The notes under the pieces: generated by a model
The model's database searches: none
Told to the model about the DNA's origin: nothing
What the model saw: only the letters and a program-made list of their open reading frames with translations
Source of the DNA: Salinarchaeum sp.
GTDB taxonomy: Archaea; Halobacteriota; Halobacteria; Halobacteriales; SKNY01
Reading direction: 5' to 3'
DNA length: 54,465 bases
NCBI GenBank assembly: GCA_007123105.1
Contig: SKNY01000013.1
Location: 1-54,465, forward strand
Position numbers and translations under genes: made by a program
Shown here: positions 39,207 through 49,229 of the stretch, piece after piece
How positions within the stretch are numbered: the stretch's first letter is position 1
Layout of the letters: each line of letters opens with the position of its first letter

Positions 39207-39315
39207 GACGGGTCCATACCGCCGGGGGGTCATATCCGTGGCGGATATCGATACCAGCAACGTCCGCCGTCATCGTCGTGTATTTGGCCGCCCGTCGCAG
39301 TGGCGATGTCAAGCA

Positions 39316-40236
39316 ATGGCAACAACGACGGCTGCGGTAAAGCAGATCAGCGAGGCACAAAAACGGGAGTTCAAGGAGCTCGGTTTTCTGGTAATCCGCG
39401 ACGGCATCGAATCAGAGCTTATCCAGGAGGCAAGCGACGTGATGTGGGCGGCGATGCCCCACGACAAGGACGATTACGAGGCCATCCTCGATCCAGACAC
39501 GCCCTCGCCCTCGGGCGTCCAGGATGCAATGGAAACCAACGAACCAATTGCCGAGATCAACCAGCGCCTCCACGCCTACGGCGAACAGCTCGTCGGCGAG
39601 GGGACGCTGGGCGCGCCCGGGGACCGCACGCATCTTGCGCTCCGGTATCCGAAGGGCGTGCGATCGAACGATCCGCGGGCGCCACAGGTGAGCACTGACC
39701 TGAACTCCCACATCGATGGATGGGGCAACGAATTCGAACTTGACGAGGACGAGGTGGGCTATAACACCATGTTCGCCATCGCGTACCTCGATCGTGTCCG
39801 GCCACAGGGCGGTGGGTTTACCGTCTGGCCTGGGTCACACTGGACTGCGGGCGAATACTTCCAGTCCCACTCGTTAAAGAGCGGGAAGGGTGGCGTCCCG
39901 GGGATTTCCGAGGAGGGCCGGTGGGACTACGACATGAGACGCTCCGATCAGGCGGACGGATTCGAACTGTGGGGTGAGGCTGGTACGGTCATTCTCGCCC
40001 ATTATAAGATCGAGCACTCGGCGGGCATCAATCTCAGTCCAAACGTTCGCTCGGCCGCAATCACCCGGTTGTCCCGGGAAGACGGCGACGAGATCAAACA
40101 CGAGGCGGCAAAGGATATCTGGAAGTACTGGCCAGCGATGCAGGACGTGGAGGTCTATCCCGGCTTCGAGGAATCCGTCATCGAGGAACAGCCATCCGGC
40201 GGGCCGACCTATATCTTAGAGCGGCGCCGCTACTGA
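39316..40236 (+). CDS. phytanoyl-CoA dioxygenase family Fe(II)/2-oxoglutarate oxygenase
   Basis: ORF trimmed to MATTTAAVKQISEAQKREFKELGFLVIRD. It has an H-I-D facial-triad motif (NSHIDGW) and a distal His (KIEHSAG). Confidence 0.7.
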   Translation: MATTTAAVKQISEAQKREFKELGFLVIRDGIESELIQEASDVMWAAMPHDKDDYEAILDPDTPSPSGVQDAMETNEPIAEINQRLHAYGEQLVGEGTLGAPGDRTHLALRYPKGVRSNDPRAPQVSTDLNSHIDGWGNEFELDEDEVGYNTMFAIAYLDRVRPQGGGFTVWPGSHWTAGEYFQSHSLKSGKGGVPGISEEGRWDYDMRRSDQADGFELWGEAGTVILAHYKIEHSAGINLSPNVRSAAITRLSREDGDEIKHEAAKDIWKYWPAMQDVEVYPGFEESVIEEQPSGGPTYILERRRY

Positions 40237-40964
40237 GCGTCGAGCGCGCGTTGTGCCTCCCGGAGACGAAATCGACCCTCGTAGAGGGCCGTCCCGACGA
40301 CGATGGCGTCTGCTCCCGCATCGCGGAGGGAAAGGAGATCCGCTACGGTCGCAACGCCACCACTTGCGATGATGGGGATCGCAATTGCATCGGCCATGGC
40401 TGCGATGCGGTCGGTGCTCACCCCGGCGAGTTGCCCCTCGACGTCGACGTCGGTGCACAGAATCGCCCCGGCACCACGGTCGGCAAATCGCGCAGCCGCT
40501 TCTACTGGATCGATGCCCGTTCCCGTCGTCCATCCCTCCACGACCACCTCACCAGCCTTTGCGTCGAGACTCACGACGATCCGCTCTGGGTACGCTGTCG
40601 CTAATGTCTCGACGAGGTCTGGCGCTTCCATTGCGGCCGTACCGAGGATCACCCGGTCGATGCCTCCTTCTAGCAATGATCTTGCCTCCGCTTCGGTCCG
40701 GATCCCACCGCCGAGCTGGACTGGAACGTCGACTGCCTCGACCACCGTGGCGATCGCGTCAGCGTTGACTCGCTCCCCCTCGAAGGCGCCGTCCAGATCG
40801 ACGAGGTGGAGCGCCGTCGCCCCTGCCTCGATCCATCGCCTGGCGGCCGTTTTCGGGTCCCCGTACCGCCGTTCGGTACCGCGACGCCCCTGCACTAGCT
40901 GGACTACCTCTCCATCCTGAACGTCGATCGCTGGGATGACCGTCGTGCCCGTCCCGCCGAACAT
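40230..40964 (-). CDS. hisA: ProFAR isomerase HisA
   Basis: ORF 40230..41249 trimmed to MFGGTGTTVIPAIDVQDGEVVQLVQG. It has LHLVDLDGA and IASGGV. Confidence 0.9.
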   Translation of the reverse strand: MFGGTGTTVIPAIDVQDGEVVQLVQGRRGTERRYGDPKTAARRWIEAGATALHLVDLDGAFEGERVNADAIATVVEAVDVPVQLGGGIRTEAEARSLLEGGIDRVILGTAAMEAPDLVETLATAYPERIVVSLDAKAGEVVVEGWTTGTGIDPVEAAARFADRGAGAILCTDVDVEGQLAGVSTDRIAAMADAIAIPIIASGGVATVADLLSLRDAGADAIVVGTALYEGRFRLREAQRALDAQ

Positions 40965-41045
40965 GTCCGAGCCTCGCCCGGGGGTATGCCTAAGCCCATC
41001 GGATCCACCCCCAACGTCTTCAGGCTTCCATGCTTCGTGTGGTGC

Positions 41046-41603
41046 ATGGGTACCGTGATCGGAATGCGACATGGCGGGGACGTTACCATCGCCGGCGACC
41101 GACGAGTCAGCGTCGATGGCTCGGTCCGCTCGAACGACCACCGACACGTCGTCGAGGTTCGTGGTATCGGGATCGGGATCACTGGTCGTCCGGGTGACAT
41201 CCGGTCGTTCCGCGACCGGTTGGACGAACAGCTCCGGACGTACGAACACCGCGGGGCAGGCACCGTCCGGGCAACCGTGCTCGAGCAGCTGCTCGGGAAC
41301 CTCGCCGACCGCTTTGACGTGGCCTGTCTCGCGGTTGCTCCCGACAACGATGGTACGCCCCGGCTCCTTCGCTGCGGAGAAGACGGGGGGTGTACGGACG
41401 AACCCATGGCCAGCATCGGCTCTGGTGCGGCCGTTGCAATCGGTCAGCTCGAGGCGATCGATTCGGATACGGTCGACCCGACGACACTCGTCGACCTGCT
41501 CGGCGCCGTCGCCGAACGGGACGCCGGGACCAATGATCGAATCGATCTGTGGTCGGCATCGTCGGGACTCACGACCGCGGATAACGAAGGAAAAACGGAC
41601 TAA
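41046..41603 (+). CDS. compact Ntn-hydrolase, proteasome-beta/HslV-like
   Basis: ORF 40986..41603 trimmed to [22 protein letters not shown]. It has ..GITGRPGD.. and ..[15 protein letters not shown]... By eye these align with HslV TTIVSVRRNGHVVIAGDGQ and IAIGSGG. Confidence 0.55.
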   Translation: MGTVIGMRHGGDVTIAGDRRVSVDGSVRSNDHRHVVEVRGIGIGITGRPGDIRSFRDRLDEQLRTYEHRGAGTVRATVLEQLLGNLADRFDVACLAVAPDNDGTPRLLRCGEDGGCTDEPMASIGSGAAVAIGQLEAIDSDTVDPTTLVDLLGAVAERDAGTNDRIDLWSASSGLTTADNEGKTD

Positions 41604-43786
41604 ATGTAGTCGGTCCCGAGGGGCAACTCGAGCTTGAGCCCTTTCCGTTCCCGGATCTCCATGATCGTCTCGCGCTGGAGACTCTGGGACATCACTCGGA
41701 ATCCGGCGTTCTCCATGTTCCAGTGGGCTCGACCCTCGGTGGCAGATCGGATGTCGCTCGAAAAGCCGATCATCTCCTCGACCGGCGCGATCCCTTCGAC
41801 TACCATGAGATCGCCCTCCTGGTACATGTCGTCGACCCGCCCACGACGGCCCTGGATCTCGCCAGAGGCCGCGCCCATGTAATCGGACGGAACCTCGATG
41901 TAGACGTTCTGGATCGGCTCGAGCAGAACGATCTCCGCATCGATCAATGCGTTGTGTACTGCCGAGCGCACCGCCGGAATCACCTGGGCCGGTCCACGGT
42001 GGATCGCGTCCTCGTGGAGGCGCGCATCGTGCAGCCGTAACAACGTCCCCTGGACCGGTTCGCGGGCGAGCGGCCCTTCATCGACCCCGTCGTCGAGCCC
42101 TTCCAGCACGAGCTCCATCGTCTCGTTCAGATACTGGATCCCTTTCGTGTCGTCGACGAACAGATTGGTCCCAAACGCGGCCTCGACGTTCTGAGCGGTA
42201 TCCTGGTCGACCCCGGCTTCCTGGAGTGCCTCGCGGCGCTCCTGTTCGGGAGCATCCATCGAAATTTCACCCATCCGCAGCCCGGCGACAACGTCCTCGG
42301 GGAGCGGTTCGGCGGAGATGTAAAACCGGTTGTGCCGGTTCGGTGAGATCCCCTCGACGACGTCGCTTACCTGCTGGACGGCCTCTCGGTAGACGACGAT
42401 TGGTTCGCCCGTCCGGACCGGAATGTCGTGGTTGCGCTCGATCCGGTGGGTGATCACTTCGAGGTGGAGCTCACCCTGTCCCGAGAGCAGGTGTTCGCCC
42501 GTGTCCTCATTGATCGAGACCTCGATGGTCGGATCTTCTTTCTGGACGGTTCGAAGTACTTCGATGAGCTTCGGCAGGTCGTCCATTCGGTCGGCTTCGA
42601 TCGACTTCGTGATGACCGGCTCGGAGATGTGCTCGATCGTCTCGAACGGCGTCATCTCCACCGATGAGACCGTCGAGCCGGCGATCGCATCCCGCAATCC
42701 GGTTACGGCGGCGATGTTCCCTGCGGGGACGTACTCGACTTCCTCGCGTTCGCCGCCCATGAAAATCCCGACACTCTGGATGCGGTTGGTCCCCGCGGTG
42801 CCGGAGACATAGAGGTCTTGGCCCTTCTCGAGCGTCCCGGAGAACACCCGGCCGGTGGCGATCTCGCCGGCGTGGGGATCCATCGAGATATCGGTCACCA
42901 TGAAGACGACCTCGCCGTCGTCGTCGACATCACGCATCGAAATCGCGAGTTCGGATTCGGCGTCACCACGCCAGATCCGCGGAATCCGGCGCGGCTGTGC
43001 GTCGATCGGGTCGGGGAAGTGCTCACACACCATGTCGAGCACGACGTTGGACAGCGGCGTCCGCTCGTGGAGCTCCTGGCGCTGGCCGGACTGCTCGAGG
43101 TCGATGATCTCGCCGAAGTCCATGCCGGTTTCCTGCATGGATGGCAGGGACACCCCCCACTTGTACAGGGCCGAACCGAACGCAACCGTTCCATCTTCGA
43201 CCGAGACCGTCCAGTTCCCGACGTCCTCCATCTCCTCGGTCATCCCGCGGATGAGCTCGTTGACGTCGCGGATCACACCGAGCAACCGCGATTGCATCTC
43301 TTCGGGGCCTTCCTGGAGCTCGGAGATCAACCGGTCGACCTTGTTGATGAACAGTGTCGGCTTCACGCCTTCCCGGAGTGCTTGGCGCAGGACCGTTTCG
43401 GTCTGGGGCATGGCACCTTCGACCGCGTCGACGACGACCATCGCACCGTCGACCGCGCGCATTGCGCGGGTCACGTCGCCCCCGAAGTCGACGTGACCAG
43501 GGGTGTCGATGAGGTTGATGAGGTAGTCATCACCTTCGTATTCGTGCGTCATCGAGACGTTGGCGGCGTCGATGGTAATCCCCCGCTCTTGTTCGTCCTC
43601 CTCGGTGTCCATCGCGAGCTGTTCGCCCGCGGTCTCCTGGGAAATCATCCCGGCACCCGCCAGCAGGTTGTCGCTCAGCGTCGTCTTCCCGTGGTCGACG
43701 TGGGCGGCAATGGCAATGTTCCGGATGTGCTCCGGTTGGTCCATCAGCCGGACACATTGGTCGACGATCTTCTTCCGTCTGCCCAT
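41600..43786 (-). CDS. fusA: translation elongation factor aEF-2
   Basis: ORF trimmed to [37 protein letters not shown]. It has the diphthamide-loop HEDAIHRG. Confidence 0.95.
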   Translation of the reverse strand: MGRRKKIVDQCVRLMDQPEHIRNIAIAAHVDHGKTTLSDNLLAGAGMISQETAGEQLAMDTEEDEQERGITIDAANVSMTHEYEGDDYLINLIDTPGHVDFGGDVTRAMRAVDGAMVVVDAVEGAMPQTETVLRQALREGVKPTLFINKVDRLISELQEGPEEMQSRLLGVIRDVNELIRGMTEEMEDVGNWTVSVEDGTVAFGSALYKWGVSLPSMQETGMDFGEIIDLEQSGQRQELHERTPLSNVVLDMVCEHFPDPIDAQPRRIPRIWRGDAESELAISMRDVDDDGEVVFMVTDISMDPHAGEIATGRVFSGTLEKGQDLYVSGTAGTNRIQSVGIFMGGEREEVEYVPAGNIAAVTGLRDAIAGSTVSSVEMTPFETIEHISEPVITKSIEADRMDDLPKLIEVLRTVQKEDPTIEVSINEDTGEHLLSGQGELHLEVITHRIERNHDIPVRTGEPIVVYREAVQQVSDVVEGISPNRHNRFYISAEPLPEDVVAGLRMGEISMDAPEQERREALQEAGVDQDTAQNVEAAFGTNLFVDDTKGIQYLNETMELVLEGLDDGVDEGPLAREPVQGTLLRLHDARLHEDAIHRGPAQVIPAVRSAVHNALIDAEIVLLEPIQNVYIEVPSDYMGAASGEIQGRRGRVDDMYQEGDLMVVEGIAPVEEMIGFSSDIRSATEGRAHWNMENAGFRVMSQSLQRETIMEIRERKGLKLELPLGTDYI

Positions 43787-43892
43787 GATGACACAACCTA
43801 CCTGTACGACGTAGAAAAGGATGCTGTTTCGACGAGCTGTGGCACACACAACCGCATGGCGCCCGAAATCGTCATACGGCCGTAGACCTTAC

Positions 43893-44666
43893 ATGGGGCC
43901 GATGGAGGTAGCCGTGCAGGGCGGTGCGAGACCCACGCCGTTTCTGCAAGCCCGCGATCTCTTCGAGACCGAGTTCGACCTTGACTTACCCGTTCGTGTC
44001 TACGTCAGGTCGGACCCGGACGAACGGACGTGGGCCAGTCACCCGGGCGGCCACCACGTACTGAACATCTCGAACGCGGCCGCCCGAAGCGCGATGGCCT
44101 GCGAGCTCGCGCTCCACGAGTTCGCGCACATGTACCGGTACGAACAGGAACACGTCTCTCACCGACATCCGACCGAGGAGGCGATCTATCTCACGCTCGC
44201 TGGCCGCCGGACGGCGACCGAAACGATCACCCACTGCTATCAGATCGCAAATCACGTCAAAGACATTTATGCCGACGATTTGACCCTCCGATTCGTCTCC
44301 GGGAGAAAGCTGGTTACCTTCCTGGAATCGCAACTCGCACGTGCGGTCGCCGAGAACGGTATCGGGGACCACGTCTCCGGTGGGGTCCGCCATCCTACGA
44401 TCGACCCCGAACTGGCTGCCGTCAACGCCGCCTTTGCGGCAGGGCTCGTCGACCGCCATGACCTGATCGGTTCGAGCCACGATCTGTATACCTTCGCCGA
44501 CATCCTGGCGTATGACGCTCCGACCATCCCGTTCCAGCGGCTCCGCGGGCTATTCGGCGACTTACCCGAGGATCCGACCGTGAGTCAGTTCCGGCGATCG
44601 CTGACCGATGCCATTCAAACGTACGTCGACGCGACCGAACCGGGTGGCGAACCGAAAAGTAGTTAA
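43893..44666 (+). CDS. conserved-looking hypothetical protein with an HExxH motif
   Basis: ORF 43821..44666 trimmed to MGPMEVAV. HEFAH lies within ELALHEFAHMYRYEQEH. Confidence 0.6.
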   Translation: MGPMEVAVQGGARPTPFLQARDLFETEFDLDLPVRVYVRSDPDERTWASHPGGHHVLNISNAAARSAMACELALHEFAHMYRYEQEHVSHRHPTEEAIYLTLAGRRTATETITHCYQIANHVKDIYADDLTLRFVSGRKLVTFLESQLARAVAENGIGDHVSGGVRHPTIDPELAAVNAAFAAGLVDRHDLIGSSHDLYTFADILAYDAPTIPFQRLRGLFGDLPEDPTVSQFRRSLTDAIQTYVDATEPGGEPKSS

Positions 44667-45293
44667 TTACCTGGCCGCCGCGGCGACCCGTTCTTTCTCT
44701 TCTTTTTGACCGACAGCGTACGTCTGGACGTCGTTATCCGCAGCACCGAGGAGTTGACTGGCGAGTGCTTCCGCAGCGCTGGTCGGGGACTTATGGGATG
44801 CGTTGTGTGTCCCTTCGGCGATGAACTTGATCGCCTGATCGACCCGGCGTTGCGGACTCACGTCGACGGCCTGAGGGACCGAGATGCCGCCATACTTGAG
44901 CCGGACCGTCTCCTCGCGCGGGGCGGCGTGTTCAATCGCCCGAACCAGGATTTGGATCGGATTTTCGTCGGTCCGGTCGTGGACGATCTCGAAGGCCTCG
45001 CGGACGACGCGAATCGTCTGCTGCTTCTGGCCCGTGTTCTCCTGGCGTTGCATGAGGCGGTTAACCAGCCGCTCAACGATGCTGATCTCGCTCTTTTCGA
45101 ACTGTTTCTGGGAGTGTCTGCCCATGGTGTGGGCAATCGGCGTTACGGTGATGTACCGCTCCGTACTGGGGTCGGAGAAGACGATCCCGTCGACGGACCA
45201 CCGGCCAAACAGCAACGCGTCGGTCGTGGCTTCCGTTCCTTCGGATGCCTCGGCCTCGGCTTCGGCTTCGGATTCGGCTTCTTCGGCGCTCAT
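44667..45293 (-). CDS. rps7: 30S ribosomal protein S7
   Basis: An acidic N-terminal extension, then [20 protein letters not shown], which is S7-like. Confidence 0.95.
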   Translation of the reverse strand: MSAEEAESEAEAEAEASEGTEATTDALLFGRWSVDGIVFSDPSTERYITVTPIAHTMGRHSQKQFEKSEISIVERLVNRLMQRQENTGQKQQTIRVVREAFEIVHDRTDENPIQILVRAIEHAAPREETVRLKYGGISVPQAVDVSPQRRVDQAIKFIAEGTHNASHKSPTSAAEALASQLLGAADNDVQTYAVGQKEEKERVAAAAR

Positions 45294-45718
45294 CGGACCG
45301 GCTTCTCCTGATTACCGCGCACGAGCTCCTCGAGGCTCACACCGTTTACCTTCTCGACTTTGTAGTTGACCCCCGAGATGTCGCCCATCGCACGCCCCTT
45401 GGCGCCGCCGATGCCGGCGATCGTGACCTCGTCGTGTTCGTCGATGAACGAGACGGCACCGTCGCCGGGGAGAAATGCACTCACCTGCTTACCGTTCTTA
45501 ATCAGCTGGACCCGGACGCACTTTCGGAGCGCCGAGTTGGGCTGTTTCGCCTCGATCGCGATCTTCTCGAGGACGATCCCGCGGGCCTGTGGGGCTCCCT
45601 CGAGCGGGTCGGTCTTCTCCCGCAATCCCCGTTCGCGCCGGGCGTATTGCGAGTCGGACCAGCGATGTCGTTGCCGGTCCTGCTTGAGCTTCCGTGCCGC
45701 GTACTTTCCGTTCGCCAT
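45290..45718 (-). CDS. rps12: 30S ribosomal protein S12
   Basis: ORF 45290..45874 trimmed to [31 protein letters not shown]. It has an ATGA overlap with rps7. Confidence 0.95.
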   Translation of the reverse strand: MANGKYAARKLKQDRQRHRWSDSQYARRERGLREKTDPLEGAPQARGIVLEKIAIEAKQPNSALRKCVRVQLIKNGKQVSAFLPGDGAVSFIDEHDEVTIAGIGGAKGRAMGDISGVNYKVEKVNGVSLEELVRGNQEKPVR

Positions 45719-45830
45719 TCGTGGGTCTAGTTCCAGGTCAGGGTACTTAAGCGGTTTGAGCTTCCCCTGCGCTCGTGACGCCCTATCACGACGCGAAAGC
45801 TTAGGCCACTTCCCGGGAAACCTCGTCGAT

Positions 45831-46577
45831 ATGCGAATCAGCTTTACCAGCGTGGCCGCCCCCGAGCTGTCCATCGAGGAAATGATCGACTTCGCGGCGG
45901 AGGTCGGCTACGACGCCATCGAGCTTCGATGTGACTATCCCGAGGACCCACACGCCCACGGCGTATCGGCAGGCCATCGCGAGGTAGCCCCGACCACCTC
46001 AACCGAACGGGACGCGATCGTCGATCGACTCGAGCGAACAGGCGTGGACATCTGTCTACTGGGAACGTCGTGTGCCTTTGCGCACGCGGATCCGGACCGC
46101 AGGACTGCCAACGAGGACGAGGCGATCGAGTACGCATCGCTGGCCGCGTCCCTAGGGGTACCGTTCGTCCGCGTCTTCGGTGGCGCTCTCCCCGAGGAGC
46201 TAACGTGGGAGGAAGGCCGCGATCACATCGTTGCCAGCCTCGAGCGGGTCTGTGCCGGGGCGGCCGAGCACGACGTCTCGATCATGTTCGAACAACACGA
46301 CGAGTGGGACGAGGCGGACGTGCTCGTCGACATCGTTACCGCCGTCGACGCGGACAATCTCGGCATTCTCTGGCATCTCACTCAGGAACAGGCGCCGCTC
46401 GAGACGATGGACGCTCATCTCAAACACCTTCACGTTCGCGAGTACGGCCTGTTTATGGCTGATCTGGTCGCCCTACTCGACGAGCAGGGGTACGATGGGT
46501 ATCTCTCCTACGAACGAGGCACCGGCGAGGAATCGCTGCGTGACTTTCACGCGACCGTCCGGCCGATGCTTTCGTAA
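45831..46577 (+). CDS. xylose isomerase-like TIM-barrel protein (sugar phosphate isomerase/epimerase family)
   Basis: Only the C-terminal 248 aa of ORF 45366..46577, starting [33 protein letters not shown], are plausible. The upstream part is antisense to rps12. Confidence 0.8.
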   Translation: MRISFTSVAAPELSIEEMIDFAAEVGYDAIELRCDYPEDPHAHGVSAGHREVAPTTSTERDAIVDRLERTGVDICLLGTSCAFAHADPDRRTANEDEAIEYASLAASLGVPFVRVFGGALPEELTWEEGRDHIVASLERVCAGAAEHDVSIMFEQHDEWDEADVLVDIVTAVDADNLGILWHLTQEQAPLETMDAHLKHLHVREYGLFMADLVALLDEQGYDGYLSYERGTGEESLRDFHATVRPMLS

Positions 46578-47339
46578 CTAGGCCGTCCAGTCGTCGAGGA
46601 AGCCGGCCATTCGATCGACCCACGCATCGACCATTGCCTCGCCCTTCTCTGCGGACGCACCGAACGGATCGCCGCCGGTTCCCGTCGTTTCGTGTTCGTG
46701 TTCGAGGGTGTTTTCGACCGGTTCGTAGAGTAGCTCCTCGTGATCGGTCACCACCTCACCGTCCCAGCGTCCTGTCGACTCCTCTGCGACCGCGCGGTCC
46801 ATGTGAACGAGTTCCGGCCGGAGCGCGAGCATGATCGACGTCTCCGGTTCGTGGGCGTGCCCGCCGAAATGCTCGGCGGTCTCCTGAATCACGTCAAGGA
46901 TCGGCGATGACCAGTACCCCATCGTCATGAGCTCGACGTCCGGTTCGTCATCAGCGACCTTCCGAGCGACCTCCTTGATGATCCCCTCGTGTTCCGGGTG
47001 ACCCGTCAAGAGCAGGATGCGGTCGGCCCCGTGGTGGATGAGCCCGTCGGTAATTTCCCGGAAGGTCCGTTCGACGACATCGTGTGAAATCGTGATACCG
47101 CCCGGCCAGTCTCGCGTTGCCGGCACGAACCCATAATACACCGGCGGCATGACGATGACGTTCGCCTCGTCCGCGAGCCGTTTGGCCAGCTCGTGGGGGA
47201 CGATCGCATCCGAGCCCAGCGGCAGGTGGAGGCCGTGCTGTTCGAGCGTGCCGAGTGGTACGATCGGGACCGCACCGTCCGCAAACCGATCGCGGGCCTC
47301 TGGCCACGTCATCTCCTCGAGTTGCGCATTGTCGTCCAT
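46578..47339 (-). CDS. creatininase-family amidohydrolase
   Basis: ORF trimmed to MDDNAQLEEMTWPEA. It has VPLGTLEQHGLHLPLGSD and TGHPEH motifs. Confidence 0.8.
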   Translation of the reverse strand: MDDNAQLEEMTWPEARDRFADGAVPIVPLGTLEQHGLHLPLGSDAIVPHELAKRLADEANVIVMPPVYYGFVPATRDWPGGITISHDVVERTFREITDGLIHHGADRILLLTGHPEHEGIIKEVARKVADDEPDVELMTMGYWSSPILDVIQETAEHFGGHAHEPETSIMLALRPELVHMDRAVAEESTGRWDGEVVTDHEELLYEPVENTLEHEHETTGTGGDPFGASAEKGEAMVDAWVDRMAGFLDDWTA

Positions 47340-47389
47340 ATCAGTGGCTGCTGGGACGGAAGGACACAAGAAGTTATCCGAAGGGGTGG

Positions 47390-48418
47390 TCAGTCGAGCG
47401 GCAGCGACACCGGTTCGTTTCGCTCGGCCGACCGATACGCGCCGAGCACAACCTCGACATCCTTGCGGGCATCCTCGGCCGGTACTGGTACCTCCGTGTC
47501 CTGCTCGACTGCACGGGCGAACTCCTCAAAGAAGTTGAACGAGAACGGCTCGGGTTCGACCTCGTGCCATTCGTTCGCATCCCCGATGTGCGTCTCCTCG
47601 CTGGTCCGGAGTCGGACGGGATTTGCGAGTTCGATCGTCCCGTGTTCGCCGTAGATGCGGTTGTACGGGCCGCCATCGAAGCCCGCCACGATAAAGCTCG
47701 AGGATTCGATGTTCCCGATCGCCCCGTTCTCATACCTGACGGTGACACAAATGAAGTCCTCGACTTCGACGTCGGTGACGAACGTATCGCCCTCGGCGTA
47801 GACCCGCACTTCGTCGAGGCCGGTAATGTGTCGCATCCGGTCGATGTCGTGGATGTTGTTCATGATGAGGACGCCCCCGCCGGCCCCCTCTGCACGCTGG
47901 CGCCAGTCGGTCTCGATCCGGCCCGTGAAGCCACTCGACCAGTAGCTGTCGGGTTTGCGACCGAGGTAGACGATGCGGGTGCCGACGACTTCGCCGATCA
48001 GGCCGCTTTCGACCCACTCTTTGGCAAGTTGGGCACCTGCGGAAAAGCGGCCCAACGGGACGGAGAGCTTCACACCTTCTTCCTCGGCCACCGCGATCAT
48101 CTCGCGGGCGTCGGCGGCGCTCGTCGCGATCGGCTTTTCGACGACGACGTGCTTGCCAGCCCTGGCCGCTCGTATGGTTTGCTCGGCGTGGAGGTGATGT
48201 GGGGTCGCAATGTACACGAAATCGACGTCGGGGTGATTGATGACCTCGGCCTCGTCCGTCGTGTGGGGGACGTTGAATCGGTCGCCAATGTCTTCGGCGG
48301 CCCATTCGGCAACGTCCATGGCGATCCCGATCTCGATTCCTTCGGCTGCGTCGAGCTGCTCGGCTCGCGCCTTGCTAGTGATCTCTCCACAGCCGATGAT
48401 ACCAACCGTGAGGGTCAT
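47390..48418 (-). CDS. Gfo/Idh/MocA family oxidoreductase
   Basis: VGIIGCGEI Rossmann start and VEKPIA motif. Its stop overlaps the upstream TIM-barrel gene (ATGA). Confidence 0.85.
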   Translation of the reverse strand: MTLTVGIIGCGEITSKARAEQLDAAEGIEIGIAMDVAEWAAEDIGDRFNVPHTTDEAEVINHPDVDFVYIATPHHLHAEQTIRAARAGKHVVVEKPIATSAADAREMIAVAEEEGVKLSVPLGRFSAGAQLAKEWVESGLIGEVVGTRIVYLGRKPDSYWSSGFTGRIETDWRQRAEGAGGGVLIMNNIHDIDRMRHITGLDEVRVYAEGDTFVTDVEVEDFICVTVRYENGAIGNIESSSFIVAGFDGGPYNRIYGEHGTIELANPVRLRTSEETHIGDANEWHEVEPEPFSFNFFEEFARAVEQDTEVPVPAEDARKDVEVVLGAYRSAERNEPVSLPLD

Positions 48419-49170
48419 GAAACCTCCTCGATCAGCCCCTGCAGGCGGTCGCCGGTCTCTCGAAGCTCCTCATCGGCGAGGTCCTCGCCCCGGATGATCT
48501 CGAGCGAAAACGCACCCTCATAGCCGATGTCCGCACATCGCGAGAACAGACTCGTATCGTCGAAGTCATCCTCGAGGACGTCTGCGTGCATGTGGACGTG
48601 CATCAGATCGTCTTCGATGGCCGCAAAATCAGCCTCGCTGATCGTCGCCCGGTTCCAGAGGATGCCGACGTTGTCGCTTTCGACCTGATCGAGGACTGCA
48701 TAGGCGTCTTCGGGACTCTCGACGATGTCGTGCATCGTCTCGAGCAGCGGCGTCACGCCGTGATCGGCCGCGTAGTCGCCGACCTCGGTGAACGCCTCGG
48801 CCGCGGCGGCGGCCGCCTCGTCATTCATTTCATCCTGGTCGCCCCCAGCGAAGATGCGGAGGACGTCTGCGCCGAGATCCCCGGCGAGTTCCGCATTGGC
48901 CTTTGCCGATTCGATCTGGGCGGCCCGTTCCTCGTCATCGACGTGGGCGAATTGCTCGCTGGTGGCGACGGCCGGAACGTCGATCCCCCGCTCGTCGAAG
49001 AGATCGACGACGGCCTGTCGCTCCTCGGCAGGCGTGTCCGGTTCCATGCCGTGGGCGTGGTCATTGTCGACCCGGAACTCGACGCCCTCGTAGGGTGTGT
49101 CGTCGATGAAGTCGGCGATCCGATCGATGTCCCAGGTCGGACAGACCCAGGTCATAAAACTCAGTTGCAT
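48415..49170 (-). CDS. xylose isomerase-like TIM-barrel protein (sugar phosphate isomerase/epimerase family)
   Basis: 251 aa. It is a paralogue-like match to the 45831..46577 product (..YEGVEFR.., ..LRIFAGG.., ..GILWN..). Confidence 0.8.
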   Translation of the reverse strand: MQLSFMTWVCPTWDIDRIADFIDDTPYEGVEFRVDNDHAHGMEPDTPAEERQAVVDLFDERGIDVPAVATSEQFAHVDDEERAAQIESAKANAELAGDLGADVLRIFAGGDQDEMNDEAAAAAAEAFTEVGDYAADHGVTPLLETMHDIVESPEDAYAVLDQVESDNVGILWNRATISEADFAAIEDDLMHVHMHADVLEDDFDDTSLFSRCADIGYEGAFSLEIIRGEDLADEELRETGDRLQGLIEEVS

Positions 49171-49229
49171 TCGGCCGGCGTTTCTCTCAAGCCTTTATAT
49201 AGTTACTGATTGTTATGATCGCTGACGTG

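Noticed and set aside
40965-41249. 95-codon N-terminal extension of the hisA ORF. Similar upstream extensions occur for mtaD (6879-7004), rps12 (45719-45874), the OppF-like gene (24831-24980), the TIM barrel (45366-45830) and EF-2 (43787-43849).
   Set aside because: The conserved protein families begin at internal ATGs that also give ATGA/TGATG coupling or a TATA-like element at about -27. The extensions overlap neighbouring genes or promoters and have atypical composition.
46578-47339. Creatininase-family gene as firm evidence for a novel amidohydrolytic step in the sugar locus
   Set aside because: The family also includes the archaeal riboflavin/F420-pathway formamide hydrolase ArfB. Without a search, this gene could be a housekeeping enzyme that merely neighbours the locus, so I keep it only as a family-level call.
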